Position numbers and translations under genes: made by a program. 64,000 nucleotides of DNA from Eledone cirrhosa (taxonomy: Eukaryota): contig OZ024750.1 in assembly GCA_964016885.1 (NCBI GenBank), forward strand, positions 47,492,001-47,556,000. Reading direction: 5' to 3'. Below the pieces are notes generated by a model. The model did not search any database and was not told where the DNA came from. It saw only the letters and a program-made list of their open reading frames with translations. Below, piece by piece: positions 26,574-40,315 of this stretch. Position 1 is the stretch's first letter, and every line of letters starts with the position of its first letter.

Positions 26574-27437
26574 GGTGTGTGTTTGCGTGTGTCTGTGTGG
26601 GTGTATGGGGGGTATGTATGCGTGAGTGTGTATTTAGTCATACACATGCATGAAATATATATATATTTTTTAAATATACATATACATTAACTTTTTTTTT
26701 TTTGTTTTAACTGTTTGTGACAGGATACTTAACCTCGATGACATATATTCGGTTCTTTCATTTGTACAAGCACGCATATCGTATGTGTGGGGGCGCCCGG
26801 TTAAATAAACAATCACAGACATCTTTAATCTGTCAATCTGTTGGTTTGGGACGAGACAGAAAAAAACGGCATTAACGGTTATCGGTGGCATTACACTACA
26901 ATCTATTGAGTATTACATTTACTTAGGAAATTACATTTCGAACAGCGCCTCAGAAGACATAAAAGAAAACAGAGAGCAGACTATGTAAAGTCAGTTCTAT
27001 TTCTGCAGTGCAACAATATTTTCGAACGTGTGACTTTTTCAATCTGGCTGCATACCAATCAGTTGTGATGCTAGTTCACAGCAATTTCTGCTGAAATTGG
27101 ACTTTATCCAGGAGGTATAGTACAAACAGCAGCTTGAATTATTCAAAAGAACAAAATGGCAGAATACAACGAGAAAAATCTTGTTCGTATGCATGAGAAA
27201 AGGAAAACAAGGTGAAGACATACATTACACATACAGTTGTTCTCAAAAAGGTTTGGAGGGAGGGAAGTAATAGGTTTATAGAGGAGGAACATATATATGT
27301 AAGCAATTGCGAGACACTGACAATCAAAAAACACTAATTGACACGGCTACCATACGTTTATATGATACAAAACTTGATAGATGCATAGCGATGTATAGCT
27401 TTTCGCCAGCAGAAGCACACTACCACACATCCTTGAC

Positions 27438-27475
<38 letters not shown>

Positions 27476-27539
27476 TAAATCATATCCTTAGAATGATTAG
27501 ATAAAATATATACTATTATATGTAAACCTATATGTAAAC

Positions 27540-27543
<4 letters not shown>

Positions 27544-27582
<39 letters not shown>

Positions 27583-27749
27583 TATACATATATATATATT
27601 TATATATATATATATAATATATATATAATATATATATATAATATATATATAATATATATATATAATATATATATATATAATATATATATAATATATATAT
27701 ATAATATATATATATATATATAATATATATATATATATATAATATATAT

Positions 27750-27798
<49 letters not shown>

Positions 27799-27812
27799 TA
27801 TATATATAATAT

Positions 27813-27883
<71 letters not shown>

Positions 27884-27894
27884 TATATATATAT

Positions 27895-27937
<43 letters not shown>

Positions 27938-28100
27938 TATATACGTGGGAAAGTGAAAATTCGGAGAATAGACCCTTAAAACATGTTTATTTAAAATATC
28001 ACCTACGTACGTTTCGCCCAGTTGGGCTTCTCAAGGGCATAAACAATCACAAGTGTTCCTTATATAGTACGGAAAGAGTTTTGGGTGTTAAATCCACATC

Positions 28101-28164
<64 letters not shown>

Positions 28165-28554
28165 TATAATACATATATATATATATATAATATATATATA
28201 TATAATATATATAATATATATATAATACATATATATATATATATAATATATATATATATAATATATATATATTTATATAATATATACATATATATAATAT
28301 ATACATATGTATATATATAATATATATATATAATATATATATATAATATATATATATATAATATATAATATATATATATAATATATATATATAATATATA
28401 TATATAATATATATATATAATATATATAATATATATATATAATATATAATATATATATATAATATATATATATAATATATATATATAATATATATATATA
28501 ATATATATATATAATATATAATATATATATATAATATATATATATAATATATAT

Positions 28555-28599
<45 letters not shown>

Positions 28600-28617
28600 T
28601 ATATAATATATATATAT

Positions 28618-28672
<55 letters not shown>

Positions 28673-28692
28673 ATATATATATTATATATATG

Positions 28693-28732
<40 letters not shown>

Positions 28733-28748
28733 CATATGTGTGTGTGTG
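27544..28748. repeat. (TA)n array interrupted by TAA, containing a 160-bp insert (27944-28103)
   Basis: Seen directly. Confidence 0.95.
27998..28040 (-). ncRNA. Minimal hammerhead ribozyme, U3-A8 variant
   Basis: augCCC UUGAGAA GCCC aacu GGGC GAAAC GUAC GUA^GGUGau; palindromic stem III ACGUACGU; stem I is imperfect. Confidence 0.7.
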
Positions 28749-29020
28749 AAGGCTTATGTTCTTGTAGTAAGGGAGTTGGACTTACGATGATAACATCGTG
28801 GGTTCGATTCCTGGGGTGTGTTGTGTTGTTGAGCATCACACTTCATTCCATGTTGCTCCTGTATACTCATTTAAAAATGCGTAACACCAACGGCTGTGGG
28901 TTTAACACTGCGATGGACTAAGGACCTGTCCTGTGGGGTCTTGTATTCTTAGTCGCTTCACGCCATAAAACAGGGTTAAGAACCTGCCTAATAAACCTTC
29001 TGACTCAAGACAGACTTTAA
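28749..29020 (+). mobile_element. tRNA-derived SINE
   Basis: B box gggttcgattcc, core ttgagcatcacacttcattccatgttgctcc. Confidence 0.7.
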
Positions 29021-29272
29021 ACACAAACATACACATAGACACACATATATCTATATGATTTTTATTTAGGAATGTTACACTATACTACGATTCCTACAAC
29101 AACGAAGATGAAAGGTGTGAGAAGATAATGAAAGAAGTGGATAATTCAAAGTCAGTTATAGAAAGAAATGAAGATATGGATGACAAAGTGAAAGAAAACT
29201 GTGCTTCAAAATCACCTACTGATATAAAACAAAAACAACATTAACACAAACAAAAAAAAATAATAATAATAA

Positions 29273-31751
29273 CAAGTGCAAGAATTCTGTGAAAAGACCT
29301 GGGCCGAAGAAAAAGTTCATAATATACATTCCCTATGGATAGAGAGACAAATGAAAGATACAGCTCACCTTGAGGAACAAACATGGGAAAAGATAACAGT
29401 TGAACAGTTGCGTTTGGCTCTTAGAAGAACCAACAAATGGAAATGCCCATGAAAAAACAAAATACCAACTTCTCTGACAAATGCCTTCACAGTGTCTCGT
29501 GAGCTGTTAGCCCAACTTTACAATGATATAGTTAAGGAGCCAGCAAGATACCATCATGGCTAGTTAACGGCATTACATTCCTGCTTCCGAAGAATGATGA
29601 GACAAACAATCCCAAAAATTACAGACCGATAACTTGCCTGACTACAATGTATAAAATTTTAACATCAGTCCCAACTGAATATACATATGACCACCTGATA
29701 AGAAAATATCTATTTAACATTGAGCAGAAAGGGTGTAAACGAGGCTCAGATGGCTGTAAAAATCAGCTTTTGGTTAACAAAATGTTAAGGAAGATGGTCA
29801 TAATAGACTCAAAAATGTATCAATTGCTTGGATAGATTATAAAAAAGCATTCGATAGTTTGCCACACAGTTGCATTGAAAAATGTTCAGAGATTTTCAAA
29901 ATATCTCCCGTTGTCAGGAGGTTCCTGTCATTCAGTGTGAAGACATGTAAAACGACACTCCTTTTGAGTAGTGAAAAAAATCACTGGAAGCTGGAGAAGT
30001 TAATATTAATTGTGGAATTTTTCAGGGTGACTCTTTATCACCGCTTTTATTCTGCATCGCACTTATAACATTAAGTAAAATGCTCAATGAAACACAACAT
30101 GGATATAAAGTCTATGACAAAACCATTAATCACTTGTTCTACATGGATGACCTGAAACTATTTGTAAAAAAAATGAACAATTGCAAGGGCTATTATCCAC
30201 TGTGAAGCAGTTCAGTGATGACATTAAAGTGGAGTTTGGACTAGATAAATGCACCAAAGCAACGTTCACCAGAGGAAAGCTGCTGAAATGTCAAGATATT
30301 AATATTGATTGGAGGAAAGTGATGAGAGAACTTGATCAAAAGGAAACATACAAATATCTACAATGAGGGACAGGATAAGGAAGGAATGTTACCGCAGAGT
30401 AAGAACAATCTTAAGAACGGAATTCAATGCAAAGAATAGGATCGATGCCATAAACACGCTTGCACTACCAGTAGTAACCTACAGTTACAATGTCATCAAC
30501 TGGTCAAGCACAGAGATCCGTAGGCTCGATACAAACATTAGAAAATTCGTAACCATGCACAGAATGTATCACCCTAAGGAAGATACAGATATAATATATC
30601 TCCCTTGGAAAGAAGGAGGACGTGGGTTAATCCAGTTAGACATTGCGTTGAAAACTGCAACAATTGGATTATGTACATATCTAAGGGAATCACATGTTTG
30701 GATGATCAAACTCGTTTTGAAACACAAAAGCATCAAAAGATGCACAGAGATACATTAATGGAGTACAAAAGTCCCATTTACTGCTGAAATGGAAAACACG
30801 GAAAAAGCAAAGCAGGTGAAAGTAACTGCAAAGAAAGAACTGCTACAGAAACTGGCTATGAAATGGCAAGAAAAGCCTCTGTATGGAAAATACCCAGAAA
30901 GAGCTAACAATCCTAATGTTGACAAAACCTTAACCCATCAGTGGTTGGCATCCTCTGGACTGAAATCCGAGACTGAAGGACTGATTATATCAGCACAAGA
31001 TCAGTGTCTGCCAAGAAAATATTACCAAGCCAACATAATAAAAAATGGATGCAGCCCATTATGCCGTGTATGTTAAAAACAACCAGAGACTATTGATCAT
31101 ATAATTTCAATGTGCAGTCCTATAGCTCCAACCGAATACCTTACCAGGCATGACAGAGCTGCACAATACATACATTGGATAATGTGTAAGCATTTTGACA
31201 TACCCCATCAAAAGAATTGTTGGAAGCATCAACCACCTCTCATACTTGAAAAAGATCACATCTCAATCTTGTGGAACTTTAGCATCAAAGCAGAACGAAA
31301 AATAGATGCAAATAGACCTGATATAATACTGAAGGACTTTAAAAAGAGGATATGCCTGCAAATTGATATGTCCGTTCCAATAGTCAAGAATGTATCTATA
31401 AAAACATTTGAAAAATTGAGCAAGTATAACGACCTGGAGATAGAAATTGGAAAAATGTGGAAATTGAGAACTAAAACAATACCAGTGGTTGTAGGCGCTC
31501 TAGTAATGACACCTAAGGTGTCTAATGATTACTTATCGCAAATCCCAGGAAACCCGCGTATAGGAGAAATACAAAAAGATAGTACTAAGGAAGATTCTTT
31601 CAATATAAGTACATCACAAGTCTAAACACCTAAAGATGCATGTGTGTGTATGTATGTTCTTTCTTGAATATGGCGGACCTTGCTGTCTCTTGAGGTCACT
31701 GGTTGTGACTTGGTGATAACTCGTATGAACATAAAGCAAGATAAATGCAAC

Positions 31752-31752
<1 letters not shown>
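29273..31752 (+). mobile_element. R4/Dong-clade non-LTR retrotransposon (family 1), 5'-truncated and degenerate: RT, CCHC and RLE
   Basis: NYRPITCL, IFQGDSLSPLLF, HLFYMDDLK, EGGRGL, CRVC..H..C, RHD, NRPDI..IDMSVP..EKLSKY; bounded by (TAA)n on both sides. Confidence 0.9.
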
Positions 31753-31812
<60 letters not shown>

Positions 31813-32066
31813 GGACTTAAAGTGGGAGTTAAAAATGATTGGGAACTGCCATGACATTAAGGTCGTCCCGATTGTCATAGGCGCAGGGATGGTTAAAGAA
31901 GATTAGTCCATCCCGCTTTTTGGAACACTTCAAAACGCATGCTTGCGGGGAACACCAATAACCCTCCGATACGTCCTGAATATCTGAGGCTGCAGTTAGC
32001 GGCTTGATTTTAATTTCAACAGACTTTCCAGTTAAATAACATTAATTACTGAGGCTCAAAAAACAA
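31813..32066 (+). mobile_element. R4/Dong family 2 short 3' fragment
   Basis: Matches the 3' ends of 35270-35545 and 37000-37280; followed by (TAA)n. Confidence 0.85.
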
Positions 32067-32070
32067 TAAT

Positions 32071-32100
<30 letters not shown>

Positions 32101-32101
<1 letters not shown>

Positions 32102-35100
32102 TGGAACGTCACGTTAAATACTTTCACACAGCACGTGCTCCATGACCCAGCAGCAGGGATCTGGCTGTCATCCAAATACTGCTGGTGTTGGAGGAAGAAG
32201 AAGGAAAGGTAGAAGAATCAAGTGGATGAAGGAGTTGAATAGAACTGTTATGAAATGTTACCTGAAGAGTAACCCCATGGAATAAGGCTATGGGGAACGG
32301 ATAAATAACATCTGAAACGAGATTGGTCTATTTAAATTAGATGAACACAAATTGATCGGGCAGGCTCGGGTAATAAGAACTAATGGGTGGATAAGCGACT
32401 TGAAACTGGAGGAACTGAGCAGAGAGATTAAGTTTGAAATGGAGAGTGGGGTATGTGAGGCAATCGAGCCAGTGGGAAATGAAGGTGAAGTGGTTGAGAT
32501 ACTTGAGGAAGCATCCAAAGCAGAACATGATCTGAATGCGGAAATATATAACATCTGGAACAAAGATACGGCCATTGAGGAAATGAATGCAAGATTTGGT
32601 TGATATCCTTAACTTAGTGGTAGATGAAATAAACAATAATAGTGGGAAACCTATGAACCTAAGATTTGTAGACAGGAAAAAGTTAAAAGATACAACAGAT
32701 AAGCTAAATAAAGACATACCATATATTGAGGCGAGGAGTCTTCACCAATGCAACAATAACCTCAAAGCAACTGCAAGGCGGTGAGAAAATTACTTGGCAT
32801 AAAGTCGAGAGGAAACAACAAACAAGAAAGATCAGAACCTTGGTGGAAGAAACGACTGAATGGTCATATCAAGGAAATGAGAAATGACAGTGGAAAGCTT
32901 GATCCCTACTGAATGGGACACTACAAACGATAGACACTAAACATAGACTGGAAATAAAGTAGAAAACTAGGAGGAAACCGCTAAATATGATCATAGAGGA
33001 ACTGAAGCAACGCATTGTAGCAAAAAAGTGCAAAGATTAGGCGGTATGAGAGCAGACTCAGTCAGTATAGACAGAACCGCATGTTTGAGAACAACCAGAT
33101 ATTGTTTGGACAGTGTGAAGGGAAAGAAAGAGGCAACGACTTGATCACTGATGCGGAACAGACTAAGACATTCTGGAGAGGAATATATGAGCAGAAAATT
33201 GAACATAATGATCAGACAGTGTGGATTGAGACAGTACGAAAGGAGATTAGTGAACAGGCACACCAACAAACTGATTTGAGTATCACAGTTGAAACTCTTA
33301 ACGGGCAGGCCAAAGAAATAACCAAAACAATAATCCAATACCTCTATACACCAGATGGTGTGTAGGTGTATTGGATTAAAACTATAACATCCCTCCACCC
33401 GAAACTGACAACCATGTTCAATGACTGCTTGATGCCGTGTGAGGTACCAGAGTCGTTGACAAAAGGTACCACAGTTCTGGTAATGAAAGACCGAATCAAG
33501 GGTAATGATGTTACCAACTATAGACCTATCACATATCTGTCCGTAATGTGGAAACTGTTAACCAGAATTGTGTCTGAGGAAATCTACCATCACCTCCACA
33601 TAAACAACTTGTTAGCTGACGAAGAGAAAGGATGCCGAAAGAAGTCCCGTGGTACAAAAGACCAGTTACTTATTGATAAGATGGAAATGAGGAATTGCAA
33701 GAGGAGACACACTGGTCTAGCCATGGGATAGATTACAAAAAGGCATTCGCCATTGTACCTCATTCTTGGATAACCAAAAGCCTAGATATCTTCAAGGTGG
33801 CATATAACATCAGACAGTTGTTGAGCAAAAGTATGAAGTCCTGGGAAACAGAGTTAACATCGGGTGGAGAATCCTTGGGAGGCGTAAATATCAAAGACGT
33901 ATCTTCCAGGGAGATAATGTCTGTCCCCTCTGTTGTTGTGTCCTTGCCCTGATACCCCTGACCATTATACTGCGAAAGGTGAGAGCAGGATACAAGTTGG
34001 GAAAAGAAGAGCTTAACATCAATCATCTCCTTTTCATGGATGACATTAAACTCTTTGGGAAGAGTGATAAGTAGTTGGATGCACTTGTTGACACTGTCCG
34101 TATTTTCAGCAATGATATATGTATGCAATTTGGTATTAATAAGTGTGGAGTCCGAGTGATGAAGAGAGGTATATTGAGCAGAAGCAACGGAATCCGGGTA
34201 ACAACAGGTGAGATGATAAAGGAAATTGACAATGAAGAAGGGTACAATTATTTAGTTGTTCTGGAGGCAGATGACATCAAGAAGAAAAACATGAAGGAAT
34301 TCATATGATCTGCGTACATTAGGAGAGTAAGGAGCGTATTAAAATCACATCTAAATATTAGGAATGTCATAAGTGCAGTGCATTCACGAGCTGTGTCTAT
34401 TATTAGGTACAGTGCGCGAATTCTGAAATAGAATGTTGCTGAACAATAAGAAATGGATAGGAAGAGTAGGAAGCGATTGACTATCTACAACATGTTCCAC
34501 AAGAGGAATGATGTCGATAGACTCTACTTAAGGAGATCTGAATGTGGAAGAGGTCTTATCAGCATAGAGGACGGTGTTCAGATGGAGAAAAACAACCTGC
34601 ACAATGACGTGACTGACAGTAGGGAGCCGATGCTCAGAATTGTACTGAAGGAGAGGACAATAGACCAGGGGATGTCCGCGGAGGAAATAACAACAAGGAG
34701 GATGAGCAACCTTCATGAACAATCCCTTCATAGTATGTTCTTTTAGAAAACTGAATTTAGCGATCCACAGACATGAAACTTGTTAAAAGGAGGAGATCTT
34801 GAAAAGGCTACAGAAGGAATGCTAATGACTGCGCAAGAGCAGGCCCTCAGCACGAAGTCGGCGAAACACCATATTTACAAGGAGGGGTCTATCCCACTGT
34901 ATAGGATCTGTAGAGAGAGGAGATTGTGGCTCACATTGTATCCGAGTATAAACACCTAGCCCAGACTCACTATAAAGGCTGGAGACATGATGTGATGGGC
35001 AGGGTTATCCACTGGCACCTATGCAAAGTAAACAATTTATCACATTCTGAGAAGTGGTATGAGCATAAGCCAGAGTCGATGATAGAAAACGATCAGGTGA

Positions 35101-35544
35101 AGGTGCTATGGGATTTTAGGATACAGACGGACAAGAAACTGGAACACAATAGGCTCGACCTGGTAGTTTTGTACAAGGAAAAAGATCGTGCCTGATTGTT
35201 GATGTAGCCTGCCCATTTGACACGAGAGTGCAAGAAAAGGGGAGGGAGAAAATTAACCGATACCAAGATTTAATGTTGGATGTAAAAAGGATTTGGAACT
35301 GCCATGAAGTCAGAGTCGTCTCGATTGTCATAGGCGCACTAGGTACTATCTCAAAACGTTTCCAGCGATGGTTAAAGAAAATTGACCCCTTCACGCATTT
35401 TGGAACGCTTCAAAAGTCATGCTTGCTGGCAACAGCAAGAACCCTCCGATACGTCCTGAATATCTGAGGCTGCAGGTAGTGGCTTGATATTCATTTCAAC
35501 AAACTTTCTAGTTAACTAACATCAATGACTGAGACTCAAAGAAC

Positions 35545-35545
<1 letters not shown>
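32101..35545 (+). mobile_element. R4/Dong family 2, apparently full-length but degenerate
   Basis: N-terminal KW..ELN..VMKCY..S / RVIRTNGWIS, EPWWKKRL, RT (NYRPIT, GTKDQLLID, HLLFMDDIK), RLE; many stops; (TAA)n tail. Confidence 0.9.
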
Positions 35546-35601
<56 letters not shown>

Positions 35602-35605
<4 letters not shown>

Positions 35606-37280
35606 GGGAAGCGTGAAGATCAAGAGAGGTATCTTCCAGGGAGATAGCCTGTCCCCTCTGTTGTTTGTCCTTGCCGTGATGCCCTTGACCATTATGCTGC
35701 GAAAAGTGAGAGCAGGATACAAGTTGGGAAGGGGAGAGCTTACCATCAATCACCTCCTCTTCATGGACGATCTTAAGCTCTTCGGGAAAAGTGAGAAGGA
35801 GTTGGATGTGCTTGTTGACACTGTCCGTATTTTCAGCAGTGATATATGTATGCAGTTTGGTATTGGTAAATGTGGAGTCATTGTGATGAAGAGGGGTAGG
35901 CTGAGCAGAAGTAACGGGATCCAGATACCAACAGGTGAGATGATAAAGGAAATTGACTCTGAGGAAGGATACAAGTATTTGGGCGTTCTGGAGGCTGATG
36001 GCATAAAGAACAAAAAAATGAAGGAATTGTTAAGAACTGAATACATTCGGAGAGTAAGGAGCGTATTGAAGTCACATCTGAACAGCAGAAATGCCATAAG
36101 CGCAGTAAATTCCCGAGCTGTGTCTATTATTAGGTACAGTGCGGGAATTCTGAGATGGAATGTTGCTGAACAAAAAGAAATGGATAGGAAGACTAGGAAG
36201 CTATTGACTATCTACAACATGTTCCACAAGAGGAGTGATGTCGATAGACTCTACCTAAGGAGATATGAGGGTGGAAGAGGTCTTATCAGCATAGAGGACT
36301 GTGTTCAGATGGAGAAAAACAACCTATACAAATACGTGACCTATAGTAAGGAGCCAATGCTCAGAGCTGTACTGAAGGAGGGGACAATAGACCAGGGGAT
36401 ATCCAAGGAGGAAATAACATCAAGGAGGAAGAGCAGCCTTTAGGGAAAATCCCTTCATAGTACCTTCTTTGAGAAAACTGAATTTAGAGATCCACAGACA
36501 TGGAACTGGTTGAGAAGAGGAGACCTCAAAAGGGCTACAGAAGGAATGCTAATGGCTGCGCAGGAGCAGGCCCTCAAAACGAAGTGGTTGAAGCACCATA
36601 TCTACAAGGAGGAGGCTAGCCCACTGTGCAGGATCTGTGGAGAGAGAGAGGAGACTGTGGCTCACATTGTGTCCGAGTGTAAACACCTAGCCCAGACCCA
36701 CTATAAGGGCTGGAGACACGATGTGATGGGCAGGGTGATCCACTGGCACCTGTGCAAAGTAAACAATCTACCACATTCTGAGAAATGGTATGAGCATAGG
36801 CCAGAGGCGGTGATGGAGAACAGTCAGGTGAAGGTGCTGTGGGATTTTAGGATACAGACGGACAAAAAACTGGAACACAATAGACCTGACCTGGTGGTTG
36901 TGGACAAAGAAAAAAGATCGTGCCTGATTGTGGATGTGGCCTGCCCGTTCGACACGAGAGTGCAAGAGAAGGAGAGGGAGAAAATTAACCGATACCAGGA
37001 CCTAATGTGGGAGGTGAAAAGGATTTGGAACTGCCATGAAGTCAAAGTGATCCCGATTGTCATAGGCGCACTGGGGACTATCTCCAAAGGTTTCCAGGGA
37101 TGGTTAAAGAAAATCGGCCCCTTCACGCTTTTTGGAACGCTTCAAAAGGCATGCTTGCTTGGAACAGCAAGAACCCTCCGATACGTCCTGAATATCTGAG
37201 GCTGCAGGTAGTGGCTTGATATTCAATCCAACGGACTTTCCAGTTAACCAACATCAATGACTGAGATTCAAGGAATAACA
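35602..37280 (+). mobile_element. R4/Dong family 2, young 5'-truncated copy (ORF 35604-37199 with one in-frame TAG at 36441)
   Basis: GIFQGDSLSPLLF, FMDDLK, CRICG..HIVSEC, RHD, NRPDLV..VDVACP..EKINRY; (TAA)n tail. Confidence 0.95.
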
Positions 37281-38179
37281 ATAACAATAATAATAATAAT
37301 AATAAATTATCACAGCGAAACAACTAGAATCGCATAAACAAGCCAAAATATAAAAGGAAACGAAACATGTTGTTCTATAAATAGGTTGAATATGAGAAAA
37401 GTTTTAATCAATGTATAAATCGGAAGCATATAGCAAAAACAAAAACATTAATGAAACCAAACAAAACGCAAGTAATTTTACAGCTGAAACATAAAGATAG
37501 TATATAAATATCTTTAAGTTTTAGCATCTAGATATATTTTATCATTTTTACTATTTTCTGCTATATTTTCTATAATGATATATATTTTTTATTCATTATT
37601 CATGTTACTTTTTAATTATACATTTTACCTTTTACATATTACACTTTTTACTTGTTGTTTATAAGTTTTCGCTTCGATGTTATACGTTTTACTTTTACTT
37701 AAGAATTTACTTTATTTTAACATCTTATTACTGTAAAAGTTATTTTTAATTTTCTCATTTTTCTCGTTATAAACATTGGCGAATATGATTTAGGTTTATA
37801 CTTTTACGTCTGCATTTCTCAGCAGTATTTCTAGATATTTAAGAAAATATTTCATCTAGTTATTTTTTTATTATTTTTGGTCCCTCTCTATGTATTTCAT
37901 TATTTCTTTCATTATCACTCCCTTACTTCAGCTTTCTTTCACACTCACCACTACATAAACACAGACACACCAGACATGAATACGTGTTTTCCCCTTTTAG
38001 AGTGATTTATATTTGTTTCTGTTATTTGTCTACATATTTTTTCCTCATTATCAATTGATTCTTTGCACAGACATCTGGAGACAGTAACGAGCAAAAGTAA
38101 TCTCAATCGTCAGGAAAAAACTCAGTAGAGCAAAGAGAACAAATCATAACTATAATAAAAATAAGAATGAATGAAGTAA

Positions 38180-38260
38180 TGACGACAACAACAACAACAA
38201 CATCAACATCAACATCAACATCAACATCAACAACAACAACAACAATAATAATAATAATAC
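38180..38260. repeat. Compound (CAA)n/(CAACAT)n/(TAA)n repeat
   Basis: Seen directly. Confidence 0.85.
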
Positions 38261-38789
38261 AAAAAACAAATCAACAATGATTGTAATTATAATTAAAATA
38301 ATGATACAAATGGAAATTATAATAAAAACGGTAAACAACTAATAAACAAATTAATTAAAGTCATAAAAATTGAAATAATTTTTTTTAAATTTTAAGTGTT
38401 TTTTATTTGACACAATTTGTAATTTCGGCTGAACATCTTATTATTCTCTGTGGTGACAGTATGTTAATTCGAAGACAGTTTTAGCAGGCTAAACCACCTT
38501 ATTTAAATAAAATATCATACTACATGCAATATGAATTACATTATTTCGCTGTGAAGAGCAGACAATATATAGCGTTTCACTTGACAATAAGAATGTCCTG
38601 CAAAACAAATATAGACTTCGAAGCTTTTGCTCTATTATTTGGCCTCTTAAGTGTATTTCTCTTACGAGTGGATTCTCGAGTCCTTTAAATATATGTTTTT
38701 CACTTAGTATGCGAAGCAAAGCAATATGAAGCGCCTTTATAAATGGTGTTGTAACAAACATTTCAGACCATTTTGTCCAACCATCTGAC

Positions 38790-38825
<36 letters not shown>

Positions 38826-38830
<5 letters not shown>

Positions 38831-39030
38831 ATGCTTTGGGAGGGTCATGTTTCCAATAAGAAACACACGCACCAACTGCTTTCACTTCAATTTATTATAA
38901 ATTAAATTTATAAATTTAGGAATATATAAATATCCGGTTGGCTGGTTGGTTCCACAACCAGACGTTTGTTCATATATTGTCAAAGTTATTTCGTCACACA
39001 TCATGTGACCTCTTCAGTGACTGTGGATTA
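38826..39030 (-). mobile_element. Family C single arm with HHR motif at 38979-39022
   Basis: AGUCA CUGAAGA g GUCACA..UGUGAC GAAA; ends at taacaat|ata like its siblings. Confidence 0.8.
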
Positions 39031-39034
39031 TTAC

Positions 39035-39085
<51 letters not shown>

Positions 39086-40195
39086 AAGCCCACCAAATAA
39101 GTAATCAAAAGATAAGTGTGGGTGGTAGGTCTATATGGTTGAGAGTCATGGACATTCATCTGAAATGAAGCGACAGAGTGGATTTGAAGTGACAAGCTAC
39201 AGGAGTGCACTCATTATACTCCCACACAAACACACACTCACACACACACAAATATATATATACGCTAGCAGATATATTTCACTGACGCACATATTATATT
39301 GACGAAATTGTGTGGAATATTATCCTGCATTGTTACCAGTCCATTACCTGTTCATTTGCGTATGGAATCATAGCTGAGTGTATATGTTCACTTAGTAATC
39401 GTGAAGATTGTCTGTATACAACAGCGTGTGCAAGTTTATTAACCATAGCACCGGTTCCATCAAAGGGATTTCAGTAAAATGTATCTAGATTGAACAAGTG
39501 TTTAACCGTAACATTGCTTCAAAGCCACAGTCCTGTTACATGTTTGACTTGAAAACAATTTATGGGTACACATGGCTATAGCATAGCCACTATTGTCACA
39601 TGTCATGTTAATTCCTCTTTAAAATGTTGTTAAGGGTACATGAGTCTGTGGAATAATCATCCAGTTTTACGTTAATCAGTGAGACAATATTTCAGCTGAT
39701 CGAATAACAGGATACTCTTTGTCGAATCCAATTGGAAACATTATCATGTGAACACTTATTTAAATCAATATGAGAAATCCTATTGATACGGTTAAAAACA
39801 ATTGATTTCTAAACTGACGACGCCAGTGTATCTTATGTCCTCTCTGTATATCCCGAAAGTATCTTCAATATAATTAAATTACTTTTGTAATCGCAGGAAA
39901 TATGGTAGAATTATATTGAATTAAATATGATTTCACATGGTTGAACTGCTTGAGAGATATGCTAGAACGTGTCGAATGTTATATGATTAAACTCTACTCG
40001 ATAGTTAACAGATATAGTCGAATTTGTCTCTTAGGTTCGTATGATGAGGTCAGGTTTTAACTGTGTTCATCTCACGATCGTAATGTCTTCAGCTTGTTTC
40101 CAAGCGCCATGTTTTGTATTTGAGGTTGTTTTTTTATTTTCTGGTACTTTAGGCACTTCGTCTGATTAGCGCCTCACATTTTATATGTTAGACAT

Positions 40196-40315
40196 GTCAT
40201 ACCATATGCCGCGCTCAACGTCCATGATAACTAAAATATGTATATGACTGTGGAATGCTCTGTACTATACAGATGTTAGTTATCATGGGCATTGAGCTCG
40301 GTATATGGTGTAGAC
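40196..40315. repeat. Imperfect hairpin with arms of about 45 bp (40201-40244 / 40266-40309), not TA-flanked
   Basis: accatatgccgcgctcaacgtccatgataactaa versus ttagttatcatgggcattgagctcggtatatggt. Confidence 0.8.

Noticed and set aside
29261-37305. Intact RT gene or CRISPR-like repeat-spacer array
   Set aside because: All copies have stops or truncation; the separators are simple TAA microsatellites in a eukaryotic context
38770-38800. ctgacga next to a TA tract (similar at 23943 on the minus strand)
   Set aside because: No remaining ribozyme elements
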